DNA of 32,000 nt from Candidatus Iainarchaeum sp. (GTDB lineage Archaea > Iainarchaeota > Iainarchaeia > Iainarchaeales > CSSED10-239): assembly GCA_028700905.1 (NCBI GenBank), contig JAQVRT010000003.1, forward strand, positions 1-32,000, written 5' to 3'. Position 1 is the first letter of the stretch. Every line of letters begins with the position of its first letter. The notes under the pieces were generated by a model. That model was not told where the DNA came from. It did no database searches and worked only from the letters and a program-made list of their open reading frames with translations. The position numbers and the translations under genes were made by a program. Below, one piece after another: positions 1-7,075 of the stretch.

Positions 1-1
1 C

Positions 2-463
2 TTTGGAAAAGGTTTAGTTTGTGTGGATAGTGATGAGCATGATCAAACTGGACATATAACAGAAAATTTTTCTTTAAGAATTGAAATGGTAAAAAAAAGA
101 TTAAAAAGAATAGAAGATATTACTTTTGAAAGTTTAAAACCCACAATAATTGGAGAAGGAAAAGAAATAATAATAATTGGATGGGGAAGTACTTTTGAAA
201 CAATTAAAGAAGCTGTTGAAAAAATAGATGATAAAAGAATAAAATATCTTCATTATGAACAACTATATCCAATTTATCCAGGAACAAAAGAACTACTTAA
301 ATATGCAAAAAAAATAATTGTTATTGAAGGAAATGCAACAGGACAATTTGCAGAAATCATTAAAAAAGAAACAAATAAAGAAATTATTAAACTATTAAAA
401 TACAATGGATTACAATTCTTTGTAGAAGAGATCATGCAAGAAATTAAAGAGAGGTTAGATTAA
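2..463 (+). CDS. 2-oxoacid:ferredoxin oxidoreductase alpha subunit, C-terminal fragment (5' end upstream of window)
   Basis: The frame is open from nt 2 (FGKGLVCVDSDEHDQTGH...), so the GTG at 23 in the ORF track is probably internal. IIIIGWGSTFETIKEAVEKI and IVIEGNATGQF resemble the C-terminal domain of OFOR alpha subunits. The TPP-binding beta subunit gene follows 3 nt downstream. Confidence 0.7.
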   Translation, partial: FGKGLVCVDSDEHDQTGHITENFSLRIEMVKKRLKRIEDITFESLKPTIIGEGKEIIIIGWGSTFETIKEAVEKIDDKRIKYLHYEQLYPIYPGTKELLKYAKKIIVIEGNATGQFAEIIKKETNKEIIKLLKYNGLQFFVEEIMQEIKERLD

Positions 464-466
464 ATT

Positions 467-1318
467 ATGGAAAAAATAGATTTTTCAAACCAAACAGAAA
501 TTGCATGGTGCCCTGGATGTGGAAATTTTGGTATACATTTAGTTTTAAAAAAAGTATTAGAAGAAACCAAATTAAAACCAAAAGATATAGTTTTAGTTTC
601 AGGAATAGGTCAGGCTGCAAAAACACCACAATACATTAATACAAATTTTTTTAATGGACTTCATGGAAGATCACTACCTCCAGCAACTGCAATTAAAGCA
701 GTTAACCCAGATTTAAAAGTAATTGTTACTAGTGGAGATGGAGATATGTATGGAGAAGGTGGAAATCATTTTATTCATACAATTAGAAGAAATCCAGATA
801 TTACAATAATTGTGCATAATAATATGATCTATGGTTTAACAAAAGGTCAAGCATCACCTACAACTAGAAAAGGAATGAAAACTGTAGTTCAAACAACAGG
901 TGTTATTTTAGAGCCTATAAACCCAATTTCACTTGCAATATCTTTAGATGCATCTTTTGTTGCTAGAGCAAACATAGGGGACTTGAAAGAAACAAAAGAA
1001 ATTTTAAAAAAAGCAATTGATCATAAAGGACTTTCAATTGTAGATATTTTACAACCATGTGTAACTTTTAATAAAATAAATACTTTTGAATGGTTTAAAG
1101 AAAACACATATTATTTAGAAAAAGATTATAATCCAGAAGATAAAGAAAAAGCAATTTTAAAATCATTAGAACTTGACAAAATGCCTTTAGGTGTAATTTA
1201 TATTTCTAAAAACAAAAAAACTTTTGAAGAAATGCAAAATGTTTATCAGAAAGATAAATCTCCACTTTATAAAAGAAAAAGAAATTTAGAGAAATTAAAA
1301 AAAATTATTAAAATTTAA
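467..1318 (+). CDS. 2-oxoacid:ferredoxin oxidoreductase beta subunit (TPP-binding)
   Basis: N-terminal WCPGCGNFGI motif and TPP/Mg motif GDGDMYGEGGNHF...NNMIYGLTKGQ. SD-like gagaggt lies about 10 nt upstream of the ATG. Confidence 0.85.
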   Translation: MEKIDFSNQTEIAWCPGCGNFGIHLVLKKVLEETKLKPKDIVLVSGIGQAAKTPQYINTNFFNGLHGRSLPPATAIKAVNPDLKVIVTSGDGDMYGEGGNHFIHTIRRNPDITIIVHNNMIYGLTKGQASPTTRKGMKTVVQTTGVILEPINPISLAISLDASFVARANIGDLKETKEILKKAIDHKGLSIVDILQPCVTFNKINTFEWFKENTYYLEKDYNPEDKEKAILKSLELDKMPLGVIYISKNKKTFEEMQNVYQKDKSPLYKRKRNLEKLKKIIKI

Positions 1319-1562
1319 TTTTTACGTCTCCAGATTTAAGTTTACATTGACACATTAACCTTTCATCTTTTTTTAAATCCATAAATTCTTCATTACTGGT
1401 TTTTTTATCTAAATTATCATAACCTTCAACAACTTTTACTTTACAAGTACCACAAATACCTTCTCTACAACTAAAAGGAACTCCTAGTTTCTCTGCAGCT
1501 TTAATTACCTTATCACCGTCTTTTACTTCTACTTTTTTTTCATCAGTTTTTAAAAAACCCAT
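1308..1562 (-). CDS. small plant-type [2Fe-2S] ferredoxin-like protein
   Basis: 84 aa with C-x4-C-x2-C (SCREGICGTCKV) and a distal CQC about 30 residues later. The 3' end overlaps the convergent OFOR beta gene by 11 nt. Confidence 0.65.
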   Translation of the reverse strand: MGFLKTDEKKVEVKDGDKVIKAAEKLGVPFSCREGICGTCKVKVVEGYDNLDKKTSNEEFMDLKKDERLMCQCKLKSGDVKIKF

Positions 1563-1581
1563 AATTTACTCACCTTTTTTT

Positions 1582-2673
1582 TTACAATAATTCTAAATTA
1601 AAATTTAAAGAAATCTTCCTAACATTACCTTTCCCTTCTTTTACAGGAGAAAGAGAAATAAAACCAAGCTTTTCAAACTTTAAAAGATACCTACTTTTTG
1701 TTCTTTGAGCAATTTCTTTTAAAGAAGAATAAGCCTCTGTTGTTGTTTGATCTTGTTTTAAAATTTTTAAAAATTTAAATTCTTCTTTTGAAAGAGAAGC
1801 TATCTTTTCATTAAGTTTAATAGAATCTATTAAATTTGAAACTGATAATAAAACTTCTTTAGAGATCATTAAATTACCCTCTCTTTCAGATTGTTTTGCA
1901 GCTTTATATAGTAGATCTATTGCAATTCTGGCATCTCCTTCTCTTATTGCAGCATACCCTGCAATATATCCTATTAAGTCTTCTGAAATAGCATTTCCAA
2001 TAAGTCCATATTCCACTCTTTCTTTTAAAATTAATTTTAAATCTTGAGAAGAATATTTTTTAAACTCTAAATCTTTTAAAAATAAAGAACTTTGAGTTCT
2101 GGAATCTAAGTCTAGAATAAAAGATTTATTGTTTGTAATTAAAATTAATGTAAAATATTTATTATTATTAGAAAATCTTGAAAGATCATATAGAAGAACT
2201 GAAAGATCTTCTTTTTTAAGTTTATCAATTTCATCTAAAATTATTACTGGAGAAAAAGAAGATTTTGTAAACAATTCCTTTATCCTTTGCCAAATTTCAT
2301 CAACAGCAAGCCCTCTTCTAGGCATTATTCCTCCAAAAAAAGAAACAATTCTTGAAAATACAGAAAATCTTGTATTATCTTGTATACAATTTACATATAA
2401 ATATTTAACTTTTAAAGAATAATTAATAAGTTCCTCTAAGACAAATCTAGAAGTTAGAGTTTTACCTGTTCCTGGAGGACCATATATTAAAAAATTATTT
2501 GCCTTTTTATTTGAAATTAAAGGTTTTAGAGAAAATGAAAGTTCTTTAATTTGTGCATCTCTTGAAAAAATATTTTCTGGAGTAAAGTCTGGATAAAAGA
2601 CTTGTTCGTCTTTAAAAATAGACTGTTCTATGTTTTTAACATTTGAAAATATATTTTTTTTTGAAATAGGCAT
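1582..2673 (-). CDS. cdc6: Orc1/Cdc6 replication initiator (paralogue 1)
   Basis: Walker A GPPGTGKT, Walker B VIILDEIDKL, sensor region GDARIAIDLL and a C-terminal winged-helix-like tail. The N-terminal FSRDAQIKELS is typical of the family. Confidence 0.9.
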   Translation of the reverse strand: MPISKKNIFSNVKNIEQSIFKDEQVFYPDFTPENIFSRDAQIKELSFSLKPLISNKKANNFLIYGPPGTGKTLTSRFVLEELINYSLKVKYLYVNCIQDNTRFSVFSRIVSFFGGIMPRRGLAVDEIWQRIKELFTKSSFSPVIILDEIDKLKKEDLSVLLYDLSRFSNNNKYFTLILITNNKSFILDLDSRTQSSLFLKDLEFKKYSSQDLKLILKERVEYGLIGNAISEDLIGYIAGYAAIREGDARIAIDLLYKAAKQSEREGNLMISKEVLLSVSNLIDSIKLNEKIASLSKEEFKFLKILKQDQTTTEAYSSLKEIAQRTKSRYLLKFEKLGFISLSPVKEGKGNVRKISLNFNLELL

Positions 2674-2838
2674 AAAAGTATAATGTAGGGTATAGTTTAA
2701 AAAGATTATTCTTCTAATTTAAAAAAATAGTCTTTTCTCGGCCAGCTACCCCCTGCTTGAAAACAGATATATTCTATAAATCCCTATTTATTTTGTTAAG
2801 TAAATTTTTTATAAAAAATAAAAAAAGGTGATTAAAAG
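2674..2838. other. AT-rich spacer upstream of orc1/cdc6 with one isolated GC-rich island (2737-2759); weak candidate replication-origin region
   Basis: It is part of the largest non-coding stretch in the window and lies directly upstream of orc1/cdc6. I could not identify repeated ORB-like elements. Confidence 0.2.
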
Positions 2839-3009
2839 ATGCAAATAATATATAGAAGAGAACTTTCAAATTTTGAAACAAAATTTTTAAACAATATTAA
2901 AAACACATTACTTAAAAGAATGGAGATTGGGCAAATGAAAAAAAGTCATAGCCATATGCTAATAGATGTTTTAAGTGAAATAGATTTTAGAAGAAGTTAT
3001 AATAATTAA
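2839..3009 (+). CDS. hypothetical small protein (56 aa), below the ORF-track size cutoff
   Basis: ATG preceded by aggtga (2826-2831) at 7-nt spacing, the same SD type and spacing as confirmed genes here. Uninterrupted 57-codon frame MQIIYRRELSNFETKFLNN...RRSYNN. No recognisable family. Confidence 0.35.
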   Translation: MQIIYRRELSNFETKFLNNIKNTLLKRMEIGQMKKSHSHMLIDVLSEIDFRRSYNN

Positions 3010-3074
3010 AGAGAAAAAAGATGTTTTTTAAAAATTAAGAAGAATTATAAATATTATGTAGTAATAAATAATAT

Positions 3075-3569
3075 ATGGCAGTGTCTAAAAAAGCCTTTGC
3101 CTCTATAACTATTCTTCTATTTATGCTCTTTTTTTTATTTATAACCCTCGAAAATAACCTAAATGAAACAACAGATTTTATAATAATTAAACAAATTGAA
3201 ACCAAAAAAGAAAACATTTATTCTAACTTTGAAAAGACTATTAAAAATACACTTAATGATTGTGAAAGTGATCCTTTAATTGTCAAAGAAAAAATAAGTA
3301 AAAATGTTTTTGAATATGGAAATAAAAATAATTTCTATATTCAAAATACTGTTTCTAAAGAAACTAAAAAAATAACTCTACAAGACACTAAAGAGTTAAT
3401 AAGAGTTATAGTTTATAGACCATCTGAAAGAATATTAATTAAAGAGGTGTATATAACAAAAGGGATTTTCTATAATAAACAATTATTATTAATTGTAAAA
3501 AATAGAAAATACCAAGAAACATTTAATTTTCCAAAAAACTATTTTATAAGAGAGGTGATTTTCTGCTAA
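3075..3569 (+). CDS. putative minor pilin-like protein with class III (prepilin-type) signal peptide
   Basis: N-terminus MAVSKKA|FASITILLFMLFFLFITL: a basic residue plus Ala, then about 20 hydrophobic residues. No SD; an AT-rich TATA-like aattataaat lies 22 nt upstream, so the transcript may be leaderless. The C-terminus EVIFC resembles that of the 3756 gene. Confidence 0.6.
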   Translation: MAVSKKAFASITILLFMLFFLFITLENNLNETTDFIIIKQIETKKENIYSNFEKTIKNTLNDCESDPLIVKEKISKNVFEYGNKNNFYIQNTVSKETKKITLQDTKELIRVIVYRPSERILIKEVYITKGIFYNKQLLLIVKNRKYQETFNFPKNYFIREVIFC

Positions 3570-3799
3570 AAGCACAAGTCTCTCTGGAGTTTATATTTGC
3601 TTTTTTAATAATACTTATAACTCTGTATTTATTTATAAACACTAATATTTATTTTAAAGAAACTTTAAAAGAAAAAATAAATTTTAAAAACATAAATCAA
3701 GAAATCTGTTTTATTAAAACAAAAATATTAACTAAAAATAATGGAGTCTTAATTAATGATGCTTGTAAAACAAAAGAAAGCACAAGTAATGATACTTGA
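3563..3799 (+). CDS. candidate unannotated prepilin-like ORF (78 codons) with no ATG/GTG/TTG; possible CTG start, or a pseudogene
   Basis: The frame opened at CTG 3563 reads LLKA|QVSLEFIFAFLIILITLYLF..., a class III signal with Glu at +5. SD gaggtg lies 5 nt upstream. The junction is homologous to the 4153 gene junction, where GTG occupies the position of this CTG. Confidence 0.35.
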   Translation: MLKAQVSLEFIFAFLIILITLYLFINTNIYFKETLKEKINFKNINQEICFIKTKILTKNNGVLINDACKTKESTSNDT

Positions 3800-4160
3800 T
3801 GTTTTAATATTTATAATTCTTATAATAATTATATTATCTATTGAAACTAAAATAATCATAAGCTATAAAGAAGATATTTCTTTTAAAGAAACAGAAATAG
3901 AAATTATAAAAAATGATTTTTTAATTGAAATTTATTTACTTGATTGTAATTATCTTGGAAAAATTAATACCCAAACAAAAAAATGTATGCCAAATGAAAT
4001 AGAAATTAAAAACATAGAAAAAATTAATTCTTATTTTTGTGAAATAAAAATTGATGATAAAAAAATATTTGATAGAAAAGAAGAAATTAAAAACAAATAC
4101 AAAAGAGGAATAATTTATAAAAATAAATTTTCTGTATTAGAGGTGGGATTTTGTGAATAA
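3756..4160 (+). CDS. putative minor pilin-like protein with class III signal peptide
   Basis: MMLVKQKKA|QVMILDVLIFIILIIIILSI. The mature part has four Cys. The C-terminus LEVGFCE parallels the 3075 gene. ggag lies 9 nt upstream. Confidence 0.6.
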   Translation: MMLVKQKKAQVMILDVLIFIILIIIILSIETKIIISYKEDISFKETEIEIIKNDFLIEIYLLDCNYLGKINTQTKKCMPNEIEIKNIEKINSYFCEIKIDDKKIFDRKEEIKNKYKRGIIYKNKFSVLEVGFCE

Positions 4161-4503
4161 AGGAATCTTGTTTACAATAGATGCAATTATTGCATTATTA
4201 TTTGTAGGATTAATGGGGCTTATCTTACAAGTGCCAAATATTGAAAGTGCAGAAAAGATATTAATTAATAATAGAATTTCAGATCTTTTAATTACCTCTC
4301 AAAGATTAGAAATTGACTCTATTGATAAATTAGAAGAAAATTATATAAAAATATTTGATAAAAAAGAAGGTTATATAATAATTAATAGTGATAAAAAAGA
4401 AATTAATAAAAATAGTAATAAATACAGAATAATCTCTCAAAACATTAAATATATTAATAGTTCTAATAAAGAAATATATATAGAGATAGGAGTTAAGTAT
4501 TAA
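4153..4503 (+). CDS. putative minor pilin-like protein with class III signal peptide
   Basis: GTG start overlapping the upstream stop, with SD gaggtggg upstream. N-terminus MNKG|ILFTIDAIIALLFVGLMGLIL. Confidence 0.6.
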   Translation: MNKGILFTIDAIIALLFVGLMGLILQVPNIESAEKILINNRISDLLITSQRLEIDSIDKLEENYIKIFDKKEGYIIINSDKKEINKNSNKYRIISQNIKYINSSNKEIYIEIGVKY

Positions 4504-4504
4504 T

Positions 4505-5236
4505 ATGTTTTATATTATTGGAATTGGACTTACAACAAAACAATTAAGTCTTGAAGCAAAAGAAGCAATTAAAAAATCAAAAGAAGTATATATCGATAAT
4601 TATACAAATATTTTATCTTCAGGAGAAATTAATGAACTTGAAGAAACTATAGGAAAAGAAATTATTCAATTAAATAGAACTGAACTTGAACAAAAGCAAG
4701 AATATCTAAAAAACGATTCTTGTCTTTTAGTAATTGGAAATCCATTATCTGCAACTACACATTACTCTCTTTTAGAAGAACTAAAAAAAAGAGATATAGA
4801 ATACAAAATAATTGCAGGAATCTCAATTTTTAACTATAGAGGGTCATTTGGACTTTATGAATATAAATTTGGAAAAACAGTATCTATTGTGTATCCTGAA
4901 AAAAATTATTTTCCTAAAAGCTTCTATAATCTAATATTAGATAATTTAAAAATAAATGCACACACCTTATGTCTTTTAGACATTAAAGTTTTAGAAAATA
5001 GATTTATGTCAGCTAAAGAAGCTTGTGAGTTATTAGAAGAAATTGATATTGACAAAACATTAGAAAATAAAACTTGTGCTATGCTTTCTGGAATGGGATC
5101 TATTAATGAAAAAATAATTACTTTTGATTTTAAAGATTATAAAAAATTAAAAGAATACCCTAAACCTCAAAGCTTAGTCATTTGTGCAGAATTAAATGAA
5201 TTTGAAAAAGTGAGTGTTGATGAATACAGAAATTGA
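4505..5236 (+). CDS. dph5: diphthine synthase
   Basis: MFYIIGIGL... N-terminus, GNPLSATTH motif and IAGISIFN; length 243 aa, typical of archaeal Dph5. Confidence 0.85.
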   Translation: MFYIIGIGLTTKQLSLEAKEAIKKSKEVYIDNYTNILSSGEINELEETIGKEIIQLNRTELEQKQEYLKNDSCLLVIGNPLSATTHYSLLEELKKRDIEYKIIAGISIFNYRGSFGLYEYKFGKTVSIVYPEKNYFPKSFYNLILDNLKINAHTLCLLDIKVLENRFMSAKEACELLEEIDIDKTLENKTCAMLSGMGSINEKIITFDFKDYKKLKEYPKPQSLVICAELNEFEKVSVDEYRN

Positions 5237-5507
5237 AGAATATTCTAAAAAATATAAAGAACTTTTAGAAAAAGCAATAAAGACTATTAAAATAAACATT
5301 GAAAATGAATCTTTCCTAAAAGACATGGCAAAAGATTATTTTCAAATGGCGAATAATTATCTTGAAGATGGAAAAGTTTTTCAAAAAAATAAAGACTTTA
5401 AAAGAGCCTTAGCATCTTTTTCTTATGCTTATGGATGGATAGATGCTGGGGTAAGAATAGGTTTATTTTATGGTATAGATAGAAACATGTTTACACTTTA
5501 TAAATAA
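5220..5507 (+). CDS. small helical protein, tentatively DUF357-like
   Basis: GTG 5214, TTG 5217 and ATG 5220 are consecutive in-frame candidates; ATG chosen. ALASFSYAYGWIDAGVRIGL resembles my recollection of the conserved core of archaeal DUF357 proteins, unverified. Confidence 0.5.
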   Translation: MNTEIEEYSKKYKELLEKAIKTIKINIENESFLKDMAKDYFQMANNYLEDGKVFQKNKDFKRALASFSYAYGWIDAGVRIGLFYGIDRNMFTLYK

Positions 5508-5524
5508 AAAAGGAATTTTAAATT

Positions 5525-6022
5525 ATGAATGCTTATATTGATGGGAAAAGATGTATAGTTACATCAAATAATCTTAAATCAAAGCTTATTCAAAAAGGAT
5601 TTGGAACTAAAAAAGAAGATTTATTAATTTTAGATTTATTTGAAAGTTATTTTCTTTTGGAAACTAAAAAAATAAAAATAACAAAAGATGAAAAAGAAAT
5701 AACTGCAGATGAATTTAGAGGATATGTTAAAAAATATATCAAAGAATTTACAGATAAATATTTAGTTTATAAAGACTTTAGAGAAAAAGGATTTATTGTT
5801 AAAGATGGTGCTATTTTTGGATTTGATTTTAGAGTGTATGAAGGAAATAGTAAAACACACCAACATACAAAATATGTAGTAGATGTTAAAAGAACACATA
5901 AAGACGAAATGACAAAAGTTATAAAATCTGAAAGACTTGCAAATAGTATAAAAACTAAATATGTAATTGCAATAATTGATCAAGAAGATAAAATTACAAA
6001 AATTAAATTAGAAAGAATTTAA
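5525..6022 (+). CDS. endA: tRNA-splicing endonuclease, catalytic-type subunit
   Basis: GAIFGFDFRVYEG...H.H...K: the Tyr/His/Lys spacing (about 9-10 and 31 residues) matches the catalytic triad of archaeal EndA. 165 aa. Confidence 0.8.
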   Translation: MNAYIDGKRCIVTSNNLKSKLIQKGFGTKKEDLLILDLFESYFLLETKKIKITKDEKEITADEFRGYVKKYIKEFTDKYLVYKDFREKGFIVKDGAIFGFDFRVYEGNSKTHQHTKYVVDVKRTHKDEMTKVIKSERLANSIKTKYVIAIIDQEDKITKIKLERI

Positions 6023-6462
6023 GAACACTTAGTTTCCCAATAACTTAAAGGACATTGTGTACTTCTTAATTGTACTTTTATTGGACGCACACCATTATAA
6101 TCTTCAATTATAAAATAGTTTGATTCACCTTTTGAAAGACCATTTGAATCTAAAACATCATTGTTAGAAAAATCTACATGTTTTGCATTATCAATAATTG
6201 TTACATTAAAATTATAATCTTCTTGAAAATCTATTTTACCAGAATTAATAAAACTTGCAGTAATTGTTTCTTCTGAAACGTTATAAATACAAGAAACAAA
6301 ATCAATGTATGCTCCAACACACTCTTTATTTACTGCATTATCAGCATCACTTGTATTTTTTGTAACAAAATCAGAACCCCAAGATAAAAGTATAGCAACT
6401 AATGCTAAAGATACTACAATTAATAAAATAGTTGCGATTATAGGGCTTATTGCTTTTTTCAT
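6019..6462 (-). CDS. archaeal type IV pilin (Pilin_N/DUF1628-like N-terminus), paralogue 1
   Basis: MKKA|ISPIIATILLIVVSLALVAILLSWG. Four Cys form two C-x8-10-C pairs, and there are several N-x-S/T sequons. The stop shares TTAA with the endA stop. Confidence 0.8.
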   Translation of the reverse strand: MKKAISPIIATILLIVVSLALVAILLSWGSDFVTKNTSDADNAVNKECVGAYIDFVSCIYNVSEETITASFINSGKIDFQEDYNFNVTIIDNAKHVDFSNNDVLDSNGLSKGESNYFIIEDYNGVRPIKVQLRSTQCPLSYWETKCS

Positions 6463-6507
6463 AAAAATTTCAAAATTTATAATTTAAAAAAAAATAAAAA
6501 AAGAAAA

Positions 6508-6533
6508 ACTTTCTTTATAATTATAAAGAAAGT
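6508..6533 (-). terminator. perfect 26-nt palindrome followed (minus strand) by a long T-tract; likely terminator of the 6553-7032 pilin gene
   Basis: actttctttataattataaagaaagt is its own reverse complement. On the minus strand it is followed by ttttctttttttattttttttt. It lies 20 nt downstream of the pilin stop codon. Confidence 0.5.
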
Positions 6534-6552
6534 CTCTTTTTATTATATACAT

Positions 6553-7032
6553 CTATTGACAGTTTTTGATTTGTGCAACTGCATCTGAAGCACAATAGTT
6601 AGAGATTACTTCTACATCGTATCTTCCTGTTGCAGCTCCAGGGAAGTTTGCATCATCAACTGTAATTAATGCAGTTTGTCCAGGAGTTAAACCTGCCCAT
6701 TCTGTTGTTGCAGTTTCAGATAAAGGTAAATTTAATGTTGAATTACCATCTGATGTGTTTCTAATATTTAATATTAAATCATCACCAGCAGAAATATCTA
6801 CAGTACCTGTGTTTTTAACGTGAAATACTAACTCATTTGAATCATTTATCATACAATTTGATAATTGAATTGCAGCACCCATACAACTTGTGTCAACTAC
6901 ACCTGTTGCATCAGAAAGACTGTCTGTTGTGAAAGATTTTCCCCAAGCAACAACGATTGCAATTAATGCTACAGCAACAACAATCAATAAAATAGTTGCG
7001 ATTAATGGAGATATTGCTTTTTTTAATTTCAT
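6553..7032 (-). CDS. archaeal type IV pilin, paralogue 2 (candidate major pilin)
   Basis: MKLKKA|ISPLIATILLIVVAVALIAIVVAWG. SD aaggtgat lies 6 nt upstream. Same four-Cys pattern as its paralogues. G+C is clearly higher than the surroundings, and the gene has its own hairpin plus T-tract. Confidence 0.85.
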   Translation of the reverse strand: MKLKKAISPLIATILLIVVAVALIAIVVAWGKSFTTDSLSDATGVVDTSCMGAAIQLSNCMINDSNELVFHVKNTGTVDISAGDDLILNIRNTSDGNSTLNLPLSETATTEWAGLTPGQTALITVDDANFPGAATGRYDVEVISNYCASDAVAQIKNCQ

Positions 7033-7075
7033 TTTATATCACCTTATATTTTCATATTTATAATTTTTTTAAAAA

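Noticed and set aside
2129-2422. 97-aa ORF on the plus strand inside orc1/cdc6-1. ORFs of the same kind occur at 3035-3217, 5762-5983, 6305-6487, 9672-9875, 11097-11285, 15276-15491, 18599-18781, 20143-20355, 21987-22181, 22331-22561, 29121-29312 and 29370-29558.
   Set aside because: All lie antisense to, or out of frame within, longer ORFs that carry clear family motifs. Their translations are low-complexity (Phe/Ile/Leu/Ser-rich) and lack SD sequences. They are typical shadow ORFs of codon-biased AT-rich genes.
2737-2759. The GC-rich island read on the minus strand (GCAGGGGGTAGCTGGCCGAG) looks like a tRNA 5' acceptor/D-arm, suggesting a tRNA gene, a split-tRNA half or an att remnant.
   Set aside because: The flanking sequence is AT-rich, and I could not fold a D-stem closure, anticodon arm or T-arm on either strand. 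At most it is a fragment. It is kept only as part of the origin-region finding.
2864-2878. The 15-nt palindrome tttcaaa-t-tttgaaa could be a degenerate mini-ORB dyad.
   Set aside because: It is a single copy inside the candidate small ORF. AT-only palindromes of this size are expected by chance at this base composition.
3551-3570. A programmed -1 frameshift could fuse the 3075 ORF to the hidden 3563 frame.
   Set aside because: There is no X-XXY-YYZ slippery heptamer at the junction. The downstream frame begins with a complete class III signal-peptide motif, which only makes sense at an N-terminus. The homologous junction at 4153 uses an independent GTG start.
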